Part shown: piece by piece, positions 1 to 7,635 of the stretch
Layout of the letters: every line of letters begins with the position of its first letter
Position numbering within the stretch: the stretch's first letter is position 1
DNA from: an uncultured virus (IMG/VR IMGVR_UViG_3300047319_001136)
Taxonomy: Duplodnaviria; Heunggongvirae; Uroviricota; Caudoviricetes; Schitoviridae
Strand: one strand, 5' to 3'
DNA: 20,000 nucleotides
Virus record (IMG/VR): IMGVR_UViG_3300047319_001136
Position numbers and translations under genes: made by a program
Notes under the pieces: model-generated
What the model was told of the DNA's origin: nothing
The model's input: only the letters and a program-made list of their open reading frames with translations
Databases searched by the model: none

Positions 1-3000
1 CGGTCTACCAGTCCTGGATGGGTAATCCGCTGCAGGCGGTGTCGGACGCCTATGGCAAGTTTGCAAAGGATGTCTCGCTCAAGGATGTGCAAGCGCACGG
101 CCAGCAGCATCAGGATCTGGTGAAGGCGCTGTTCGGTCCGTTCAAGACCACGCAGGAGTTCGGTCTGGATGACGTCCGTGAGGCGATGCTGAAGTTGCGG
201 GATGACGTAGCCAGTGGTGCACTGCAGGCCCAGGCACGCCACAACGCACTGAACCGGGTGAATGTCTCGGTCGACCAGATGGCAGCGGCATCTTCCCCGT
301 TCCAGATCCAGGGTAAGGAAATGGTCACCGGCGATGAAGCGCAGGTGGCTACCCGCATGTCGGAGATCTACCAGGAAGAGCTGGACAAGCTGCTGCCTGA
401 TGCCAGGCCGAAGACGCAGAACATTGCACCGGAACTGAAGCAGGCGGGTGTGGGTACGGAGTCAGGTGCACGTATCCTCGGCTTTGCTGACCTGAACAAT
501 CTGCTCGGTCAGCTGAAGATGAAGATTCCGGCTGCCCAGGCGAATCTCTTCCGCTCGATCCAGAAGTCACTGGCTGCTGAAGGTTACAAGGTAATCTTCG
601 GTTCACGTGAGGAGCTGCTGGCCCATAACGATTCGCTGGGTGCGAACTCGATCGATGCTTCCCTGCTGACGGATCGGACCAACCAGGGTTTTACCCTGCC
701 AGGCCGTCAGGAGATCTGGATGGTGTCGCCCTCCAGTGAAACGCTGGTGCATGAGCTGGTCCATGCCTCGACCCTGCGCACGCTGCTCGCCCACTTCAAT
801 GGCGAGAATCTGGGTGCACAGCAACCGGTCATCGGCAAGGCGATCAGCAACATCGAGAAGCTGATGACCCAGTTCCTGTCGATGGGGGACCGGGTCAAGG
901 ATGCGCCTCCAAAACTGCAGCAGGCCTACGCCGATGCAGTGGCTGCGATCAATGGTCACCTGAACAATGCAGAGCTCGACCGGGCTTCGCAGAAGGCGCA
1001 GGGCGTGAACGAGTTCATGGCCTGGGCACTGACGAACCAGGATCTGGGACGTCTGCAGGAGCGTACCGCTGCACATCCCCTGGTTCAGCTGGCCCGGGAT
1101 GTGGTCCAGTACCTGAAGCAGATGATCTGGGGCAGGAAGGAAGCGCCGGCCTCGCCGGGTACGGACATGCTCAGCAACCTGCAGTTCAATACCGCGGTGG
1201 TGCTGCAGTCGCAGCCGTCGGTGGCGAAGGTGATGCGGGATACCGCACTCTTCCAGTCGTCGGCCTATGGCATGGATGACCGGCTCTCGCAGTTCGATGA
1301 TATGTTTGACCGGAAGATCACGGACCATCTGGACACACCTGACCTGCGTGAAGCAAGCCGCCGCCAGACGAAGGTCTCCGATGCACTGCAGCTTGGTACC
1401 GACATGGCGTTGCACTTCGCCTCGGTGTTCCCGATGACGATGCAGGAGAAGACGACCTTCTCCAAGATCATGGCGGGTCTGGCTACCGAGGCCCACTTCG
1501 ATGGCAATGTGCTCACCCGCATGCAGCAGCTGTGGGCGCACGTCACAAAAAACCTCACCGTCGAGCACCTGGAAGATCCGTCGATTCTTGACGAGAATCC
1601 TCGCCGTGCCCAGGCCCAGAACCAGTACGACGCAATCCTGGGCAACAGTCGCGAAAAGATCGATGGAGCGGGCCGGTCGACCCTGCTGCCGGCTTTCCTG
1701 GCGCTGGCCATGACCAACGATCACTTCCGCCAGGTGCTCGATGGCATGGAAGTGCCCAAGGCCGAGCGCTCGGATGCTGAGAGCCGGGTGGACCGCTGGC
1801 TTGAAGATGCTGGCAATGGCATCCTCGATAACCTGTCGCAGCGTATCTCGGGTGACCTGGGTACTGAAAATGTCCGTGCTGCGATGGACGCCCTGTCCGA
1901 CCGGATGATGGATATCGCCCAGGACCGCCAGAACTTCTACGACCGGTTCGCCAGTCCGGTGGGTGATGCAGAGGACCGGGTCAATGACATCGTGGTCAAA
2001 GGTCTGAACGATCTCGCAGGCAAGGTGGTCGGCAAGGCGGAAGCACTCGATGCGAAGTACGACAGCAAGGTGACGAACCTGGTGGCGTCCAGTGCCCGGC
2101 TGCTCGCCGCGGTGGTTTCCGAAGAGCATGCGGGCAAGATCGCGCAGGGTGTGATGGCGTACATGAACCGGATCGGCGGCTTCAATCCGTTCCGGGAATT
2201 CATCGGTGACCTCGTAGGCCGCACCGCCTCAAACGCTGCTGTCATCGATATGGGCAAGATCGTGCGCACGATGATCGCGCAGGATCGCCAGCAGTTCCGC
2301 GAGCAGGTACCGAAGGTGATCGCCGATCACTTCTCCCGTCAGCTCTCCGATGACGAATGGAGTCTGCTGCACCGGGCGATGGGCAAGTCGGATCTGGCTT
2401 CCCTGGCTCAGGGTATGTCGCAGGACGAGATCCTGAAACTCATCGAGCACCCGGCCGAGCTGAAGGCGAAGGTCTCGGAGCTCGAAGATGCGATCCAGAA
2501 AGCCGACAAGGCGAACTGGCCGCTCTATGAGAAGAAGATGCAGCAGCTGGCCGCCTACATGATGACCGGCCAGACGTCGAGCAATCTTCTGAGGAACGCG
2601 GTGGCGATCTCCCGTCTGTTTAATGAGAAGGGGGCGAAAAAGAGCCAGGTCGCAGACATGAAGTCCCTCCAGAAGAATATCGACATGCTGACCTCGCTCT
2701 ATGCACTCGATCACCTGGACATCAAGCAGGGGCTGGATATGGCGACGCTGGCTTCGAAGGAAGCGGACGGCCTGAAGTTCACGCTCTCCTACCTGCAGGG
2801 TCAGCGGGTGGAGGAGCAGAACCGGGCGGTGCAGACGGAACGGGCGCTGTTCAATCACTACAAGGGTGATATCCCGTCACTGCAGCAGGCCGGCGCTTCG
2901 CTGCTCGTAGCGGATGACGCCAACTACGCGAAGCTGCGTGAGCAGTCCTACGTGCGGGTGGGGGACTACACGGGTAGTTCGGCCGAGCAGGGCAAGATCA

Positions 3001-4631
3001 GCCGTGGCTACTACTTCGCCCCGGTCAATGGCCGTAGCGCCTTTGCCCAGGGTGACCTGCAGAACGTGCGCCAGACGGCCTCCGGTGTGGACATCATGTC
3101 GGGTTACACGGTGAATGACCGGATGGCGGGACGTATCACCGATCCGAAGGCGGTGGCCGCTGCCGCCCGGATCATGCAGGCCGGTGGGGAAGTGGCCAAT
3201 GAGCATCTGCTGCCGGTGGTCGATGCGTCTGGACAGGTAGTTGCGTTTGAGCGTTCGATGGATCCGTCCGAGATGCAGCGCCTGTCCTACAACACCCATC
3301 TGGCCGAGATGATTGGCGTGTGGCGTGGCCGTCAGGTCGAAGAGACAAAGTCGGCTATCTACAACGATGCACTGGTCGACCGGCTGCATGAGATGTACGA
3401 GGCAGACATGAAGGATGGCTCGGGCAACCATGAGCAGTACGTGGATGTGTTCAGCGCGCGCGAGCAGGCGAAGGATCCGGTGCTCGCTGATGCGGTGAAG
3501 CTGATCACGCCGCAGATGAGGCAGCGCATCAAGGAGACGTTCGGCCAGCAGTTCTTCGTGCGCCGTGACATGCTCAACGATGCGATCGGTTACCGGGTCG
3601 CCAGCGTGGGCGATGCCTGGACGGGCAACTCCCGCTGGAGCGACCAGACGCAGGAAAACTTCAAGCGGCTGGCCATGTCGGTGTTTGGTAACGATGCCTA
3701 CAGGACCCTCGTCAATGCCGAGAAGAAAGTGCAGTCGTTCATCTCGGACGTGAAGACGATGATCGTGGTGAAGTCGGTGGTGGTGCCGATGTCCAACCTG
3801 ATCTCGAATGCGTACCAGCTCGCTTCGCGGGGTGTGCCGGTCAAATCGATCGTGATGGGTATGCCGAAGAAGACCGCCGAAGTGCGGGCTTACGTCCAGT
3901 CGGAAGTCCGTCGCATTGCGGCCGATGCCGAGCTGCGCGCTGCACAGGGCCGTGACGATGTGGTGGCACAGCGCAAACTGTCGGCCGAGATCCAGTCGAT
4001 CATGGACAGCCACAAGCGGATGTCCATCTGGCCGCTGATCCAGGCAGGCGAATTCAGTGCGATCTCGGGTGGCCAGGCCGGCATCGAGGATGTGGATCTC
4101 GCCTCGGGCAAGCTCTACAGCTACATCGAGAGCCAGGTGAACAAGCTCCCGGATGGGGTGAAGACAGCCGGCCGCTATGCGCTGATCACCAAGGACACGG
4201 CGCTCTACAAGGGCATGCAGACCGCCACCGAGTACGGTGACTTCCTCGCCAAGGCGATCCTGTATGACGATCTGACGAAGCGTCAGGGCAGGAGCAAGGA
4301 GTATGCGCTCTCACGGGTGACGGAGGAATTCGTCAACTATGACCGTCTGCGGGGCCGCTTCCGGGGTTACCTGGAGTCGATGGGTCTGCTGTGGTTCTAC
4401 AACTTCAAGATCCGCTCGACCAAGGTGGCGCTCTCGATGATCCGCAACAATCCTGTGCATGCGCTGCTGGCAGGACTGGCACCGGCACCGACCTTCCTGG
4501 GTTCGGTCGGCTCACCGCTGACGGATAACATCTTCACGAAACTGGCTGATGGGCAGCTGAACTTCAGTCTGGGCTTCGGGCAGGTGTTCCATGCCCCGAT
4601 GCTCAACCCATGGGTCAATCTCGTGCACTGA
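1..4631 (+). CDS. vRNAP: Virion-encapsidated RNA polymerase, C-terminal ~1540 aa (5'-truncated by the window)
   Basis: The frame is open from position 3 (VYQSW then M at 18), so the true start lies upstream. There are zero Cys in 1537 aa, a known N4 vRNAP hallmark. It has HELVH and NEFMAWALTN motifs and an N4-type C-terminal region (EYGDFLAKAILYD, LESMGLLWFYNFKIR, NPW). It sits opposite the replication operon. Confidence 0.93.
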   Translation, partial: VYQSWMGNPLQAVSDAYGKFAKDVSLKDVQAHGQQHQDLVKALFGPFKTTQEFGLDDVREAMLKLRDDVASGALQAQARHNALNRVNVSVDQMAAASSPFQIQGKEMVTGDEAQVATRMSEIYQEELDKLLPDARPKTQNIAPELKQAGVGTESGARILGFADLNNLLGQLKMKIPAAQANLFRSIQKSLAAEGYKVIFGSREELLAHNDSLGANSIDASLLTDRTNQGFTLPGRQEIWMVSPSSETLVHELVHASTLRTLLAHFNGENLGAQQPVIGKAISNIEKLMTQFLSMGDRVKDAPPKLQQAYADAVAAINGHLNNAELDRASQKAQGVNEFMAWALTNQDLGRLQERTAAHPLVQLARDVVQYLKQMIWGRKEAPASPGTDMLSNLQFNTAVVLQSQPSVAKVMRDTALFQSSAYGMDDRLSQFDDMFDRKITDHLDTPDLREASRRQTKVSDALQLGTDMALHFASVFPMTMQEKTTFSKIMAGLATEAHFDGNVLTRMQQLWAHVTKNLTVEHLEDPSILDENPRRAQAQNQYDAILGNSREKIDGAGRSTLLPAFLALAMTNDHFRQVLDGMEVPKAERSDAESRVDRWLEDAGNGILDNLSQRISGDLGTENVRAAMDALSDRMMDIAQDRQNFYDRFASPVGDAEDRVNDIVVKGLNDLAGKVVGKAEALDAKYDSKVTNLVASSARLLAAVVSEEHAGKIAQGVMAYMNRIGGFNPFREFIGDLVGRTASNAAVIDMGKIVRTMIAQDRQQFREQVPKVIADHFSRQLSDDEWSLLHRAMGKSDLASLAQGMSQDEILKLIEHPAELKAKVSELEDAIQKADKANWPLYEKKMQQLAAYMMTGQTSSNLLRNAVAISRLFNEKGAKKSQVADMKSLQKNIDMLTSLYALDHLDIKQGLDMATLASKEADGLKFTLSYLQGQRVEEQNRAVQTERALFNHYKGDIPSLQQAGASLLVADDANYAKLREQSYVRVGDYTGSSAEQGKISRGYYFAPVNGRSAFAQGDLQNVRQTASGVDIMSGYTVNDRMAGRITDPKAVAAAARIMQAGGEVANEHLLPVVDASGQVVAFERSMDPSEMQRLSYNTHLAEMIGVWRGRQVEETKSAIYNDALVDRLHEMYEADMKDGSGNHEQYVDVFSAREQAKDPVLADAVKLITPQMRQRIKETFGQQFFVRRDMLNDAIGYRVASVGDAWTGNSRWSDQTQENFKRLAMSVFGNDAYRTLVNAEKKVQSFISDVKTMIVVKSVVVPMSNLISNAYQLASRGVPVKSIVMGMPKKTAEVRAYVQSEVRRIAADAELRAAQGRDDVVAQRKLSAEIQSIMDSHKRMSIWPLIQAGEFSAISGGQAGIEDVDLASGKLYSYIESQVNKLPDGVKTAGRYALITKDTALYKGMQTATEYGDFLAKAILYDDLTKRQGRSKEYALSRVTEEFVNYDRLRGRFRGYLESMGLLWFYNFKIRSTKVALSMIRNNPVHALLAGLAPAPTFLGSVGSPLTDNIFTKLADGQLNFSLGFGQVFHAPMLNPWVNLVH

Positions 4632-4635
4632 GTTC

Positions 4636-4674
4636 AAAAAGAAAAACCCTCCAGCGTAAACTGGAGGGTTTTTC
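4636..4674. terminator. Bidirectional Rho-independent terminator between convergent transcription units
   Basis: Perfect 14-bp inverted repeat GAAAAACCCTCCAG (4641-4654) / CTGGAGGGTTTTTC (4661-4674) with a 6-nt loop. There is a T-run on + and an AAAAAGAAAAA run giving a U-tract on -. Confidence 0.93.
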
Positions 4675-4716
4675 GTACTGCTTTTCCCCGGGCTCTCGAC
4701 TTCCCTGGGAAACTGA

Positions 4717-4917
4717 TTATGGCACGGTGGGTGGTCCTGGTGGACCTGGGGGAGGCCCGTCGTCCGGATCCCTGTTCCAGGTGAGCAGCGCGTAGCCCAG
4801 ACTCAGGAGCACCGCGGCGACGGCAATGTAGGGGGCCGTAGCGATGATGGCCACCGTCAGTGCAAGCACGATGGCCAGCAGTACGATCCCGAGTGCCAGG
4901 ACCGAACCGGTCCTCAT
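4717..4917 (-). CDS. Small membrane protein (66 aa; two hydrophobic segments, Pro-rich tail)
   Basis: About 42 consecutive uncharged, mostly hydrophobic residues broken by TAPY, then DPDDGPPPGPPGPPTVP. The ATG is 1 nt after the upstream stop, consistent with translational coupling. Confidence 0.8.
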   Translation of the reverse strand: MRTGSVLALGIVLLAIVLALTVAIIATAPYIAVAAVLLSLGYALLTWNRDPDDGPPPGPPGPPTVP

Positions 4918-4918
4918 C

Positions 4919-5392
4919 TTATGCTGCCGCCTGGTTCACCGGCTTCTTCAGACCTGCGAAGAGGCTGCGTGACGGTGCTGCCGCTGCTTCAGCAGGTTGC
5001 TCTGCCGTTGCTACAGCTGCTGCCGGCTCCGTGCTCGACGGCTCAGCCGAAGCACTGGTCGCAGGACCAGCTTCGGCAGCTGCACCACCGGTCGATTCCG
5101 GGACCGGAGTCGGAGCAGGTTGGGGCGATGCTACCTTCACCGAGGCATGCGAAGCGGTGAGCGCCGTCTCGTGACGGGTAACGGCAACCGGTGCCTGGTT
5201 TGCTGCTGCAGCGGGTGCGCCGGGTGCGTCGTCAGACACGATGTCGATCGTGGCCTTGAAGCCGTCTTCGCCACGGGTGGCCGACAGCTGGATCTCGATC
5301 CGGTTGCCGTCCTTCACGTTCAGCAGGCTGTTGATGTGGTTGCGGATGGCCGTTTCGATTTCGGACTGGACGATGATGATCTGCATTTTCAT
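4919..5392 (-). CDS. Hypothetical phage protein (157 aa; compact N-domain, Ala/Pro linker, RSLF tail)
   Basis: ATGA overlap with the resolvase stop (5389-5392) and operon-like codon usage. The N-terminus MQIIIVQSEIETAIRNHI resembles the protein I recall at this position in N4-like phages. Confidence 0.82.
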   Translation of the reverse strand: MKMQIIIVQSEIETAIRNHINSLLNVKDGNRIEIQLSATRGEDGFKATIDIVSDDAPGAPAAAANQAPVAVTRHETALTASHASVKVASPQPAPTPVPESTGGAAAEAGPATSASAEPSSTEPAAAVATAEQPAEAAAAPSRSLFAGLKKPVNQAAA

Positions 5393-5946
5393 ACCTTTGC
5401 GAAAAGTCGCATGAGATTCTGGAACATGGGAGTCTGCACTCCCGCATGAATGGCGCCGATGGCGTCGGCTACGTGTTCAGCTCTGGCCGCTGATACTGCG
5501 CCCTGATGCATGGGCCAGTTGGCATGGGGGTATTGAGCCAGGCCCGCTTCAATCATCTGGGCCTTGGTTGCGTCCTTCTTTCCTGAGAATGCCTTCTTCA
5601 CTTCAAGTGCGGTCACTTCGATCAGGGGAATCCCTTCCGCCCTGACCACACCCAGCACACCAACGCAGAACCCGTAACTCGCCATCGACCGGGCTGACTG
5701 CGAACCTACCGGTACTTCGACGAAGATCACCTGTGCCTTGCGGGCAAGGGGCAGCACCACCTCGGCCAGCTGGGTGGTGAGATGCAGATCGCTGGAGTTC
5801 TGGCGAACCTGTTTTCCCTCGAGATCTTTGGGCTGAACCACAAAGAGAGTCGGGGTCGTCAGTTCGCCCGTGTCCAGATCCAGCACTGCCTGGGCAAGGC
5901 CCCAGTTACGCATTGCCGGGTCCATGCCGAGTACCGTGATCTTCAT
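5389..5946 (-). CDS. RuvC-like Holliday junction resolvase
   Basis: RNase H-fold acidic motifs: VLGMDP..RNWG, IFVEVP, EVKKAFSGKKDATKAQM and EHVADAIG. Confidence 0.88.
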   Translation of the reverse strand: MKITVLGMDPAMRNWGLAQAVLDLDTGELTTPTLFVVQPKDLEGKQVRQNSSDLHLTTQLAEVVLPLARKAQVIFVEVPVGSQSARSMASYGFCVGVLGVVRAEGIPLIEVTALEVKKAFSGKKDATKAQMIEAGLAQYPHANWPMHQGAVSAARAEHVADAIGAIHAGVQTPMFQNLMRLFAKV

Positions 5947-5965
5947 TCCTGGCTCCGCGGATCAG

Positions 5966-6742
5966 TTACGCAGCCTTGCCGAACAGCGACTTGCGCGGTG
6001 CAGCAGTCTGGTTGGCAGCCGGAGGTGTGGCCGAGCCAGCAGCACGTGACTTCGGCGGCGCACCGGCAGCACCGGCTTCACCTTCCTTGATGGAACGCCT
6101 GTCACGCGTCTTGCCCTTGTTGCGCTCGAGCCAGCCGCCCCAGAAGGCCGCTTCCGTCGAACCGGCACGGGCCTCGACCACCGTCAGCTTCGATTCCGTG
6201 TCGAACACCTTGTCCGTCACATTCTCTTCGCGGGACTCAGCCGTCGGCTCGTACTTGCCCGTCTGCTCGTTCTTCACGTTCTTGTTGACGATCTGCTTGA
6301 GCACGCCCAGCGAGATCGGCTTGCCGATGGCTTCCGTGATCATCGGCACCGACTTCGGCAGTTCCTTCTTGACTTCGGAGTCGTACAGCTTGATGACCTT
6401 GTCTTCAGCCTCCTGCTCAGCGAGCGGCTTGCCGGTGGCCACCAGGCAGATGTCGTCGACGATCGTGAAGCCCGGCAGCGGTACCTTCTTGGTCTTGTCG
6501 TCCTTGTTCAGGAAGAAGTTCTCGCCCTTGCCGTTCGTGACCCAGAACACCTCACGGTACTCGCGGCCATTGGTTTCGAGGATGATCGAGACCGAACGTG
6601 CCTCGCTGGACGTCGACTTGCCGGCGTAGAGCGCCTTGATGGTGCCCGAGTAAATGTCGGTATCGACGGCACCGAAGTTGCCGCCCAGACGGTCCTGCGA
6701 TTCTTCCAGGCCATCGGATTTCAGGTTTCCAAACAGGCTCAT
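5966..6742 (-). CDS. ssb: N4-type single-stranded DNA-binding protein (candidate late-transcription activator)
   Basis: 258 aa, between the AAA ATPase and the resolvase. It has LPGF..VDDICL and a flexible Ala/Pro tail ending RKSLFGKAA, like the N4SSB C-terminus. The leader is A-rich (GAAAGAGAAAAACATC-ATG). Confidence 0.88.
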   Translation of the reverse strand: MSLFGNLKSDGLEESQDRLGGNFGAVDTDIYSGTIKALYAGKSTSSEARSVSIILETNGREYREVFWVTNGKGENFFLNKDDKTKKVPLPGFTIVDDICLVATGKPLAEQEAEDKVIKLYDSEVKKELPKSVPMITEAIGKPISLGVLKQIVNKNVKNEQTGKYEPTAESREENVTDKVFDTESKLTVVEARAGSTEAAFWGGWLERNKGKTRDRRSIKEGEAGAAGAPPKSRAAGSATPPAANQTAAPRKSLFGKAA

Positions 6743-6803
6743 GATGTTTTTCTCTTTCAGTTGAATTGATGTGTGAGTTCTTTAGCTAACGGGGGTTGAC
6801 CGA

Positions 6804-7565
6804 TCAGTTTGTGTAGAACTCGTTCAGGTGGTTCAGCAACTTCTGGCAGTCGTTGTCGATGTAGGTCTCTGCCTTGTCAAACATGCCCATCGGGCTGCGG
6901 ATGCGAAAGCCCGTGGTTGCCTTCGTGATCCGGGTCTGGAACACGTGCTTGAAGCCCAGCTCACGTTCCTCATCGGTGATCACCAGCATCTTGCTGCCGA
7001 ACTTCTCCAGCTCCTTGACGGCAACCTTCTTGGCAGCAACGACAGTCGAAAAGTAGGCCTCGATGCCGTTGTTCTTCAGCGATCCCTTCACGGGTACGCT
7101 GGTCCGCATTTCCATGCTCTTCTCATCGAGCACGTCCAGCAGGTGGGCGATGATGATCACCGGCTTGCCAAAGGCGGTGACCTTCTGCTGCATCAGCACC
7201 TTGAAGAACTGGGCATAGGCGCCCCAGGCCTGCATGGTGTTGGCACTGCCCAGTACGTACTGCGACTCGAACATGTCCATCAGGAAGGTGGACGAGTCGA
7301 TGACGATGCCAGCGGTATCCGTCGCTTCGTTCGTGGCATAGTCAAATGCCTCGTGGACCTGATACGGATCCGTGATGCGATACGGCTGGAACTGGTTCTT
7401 GAACGGCAGCCGCTTGCCTGCTTCGCAGTTCAGGTACATCCACTTCTCCTGGTTCAGGATGTTGCGCAGCGATGCGCTCTTGCCTTCACCCGAGAAGCCG
7501 GCGACGAGAATCAGCTGATCATTGATCAGGTCCGCATCGATGACGTCTTCTGCTACTTCACTCAT
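6804..7565 (-). CDS. AAA ATPase (AAA_24 / Sak4-like)
   Basis: Walker A GFSGEGKS, Walker B IVIDS, and IIIAH and RSPMGMF motifs. The SD-like AGGGAG lies upstream of the ATG. Confidence 0.87.
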   Translation of the reverse strand: MSEVAEDVIDADLINDQLILVAGFSGEGKSASLRNILNQEKWMYLNCEAGKRLPFKNQFQPYRITDPYQVHEAFDYATNEATDTAGIVIDSSTFLMDMFESQYVLGSANTMQAWGAYAQFFKVLMQQKVTAFGKPVIIIAHLLDVLDEKSMEMRTSVPVKGSLKNNGIEAYFSTVVAAKKVAVKELEKFGSKMLVITDEERELGFKHVFQTRITKATTGFRIRSPMGMFDKAETYIDNDCQKLLNHLNEFYTN

Positions 7566-7574
7566 TGCTGCTCT

Positions 7575-7626
7575 CCCTGGTTCCCGATCCTCTCCGGCTT
7601 GGCTTGAGCCAGGAAAGGAATCAGGG
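7575..7626 (-). promoter_or_regulatory. Long imperfect intergenic hairpin between primase and AAA ATPase
   Basis: Minus strand CCCTG...TCCTTTCC(T)GGCT-caagcca-AGCCGGAGAGGA...CAGGG. The 3' arm runs into the SD. Confidence 0.6.
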
Positions 7627-7635
7627 GTATGTTGT

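Noticed and set aside
603..4013. Long antisense ORFs (508, 209 and 378 aa) opposite vRNAP
   Set aside because: These are shadow frames caused by GC3-rich codon bias. They have His/Arg-rich composition without motifs and overlap a well-supported gene entirely.
5952..5958. GCGGAGC on the minus strand, the core of N4 vRNAP hairpin promoters
   Set aside because: The stem does not extend beyond 2 bp without a bulge, and the site is far from the early region.
5946..7615. 10-bp inverted match TTCCTGGCTC (5946-5955) / GAGCCAGGAA (7606-7615) that could pair with the resolvase RBS
   Set aside because: A 10-bp match 1.6 kb apart is compatible with chance, and the 7606 copy is already paired in a local stem.
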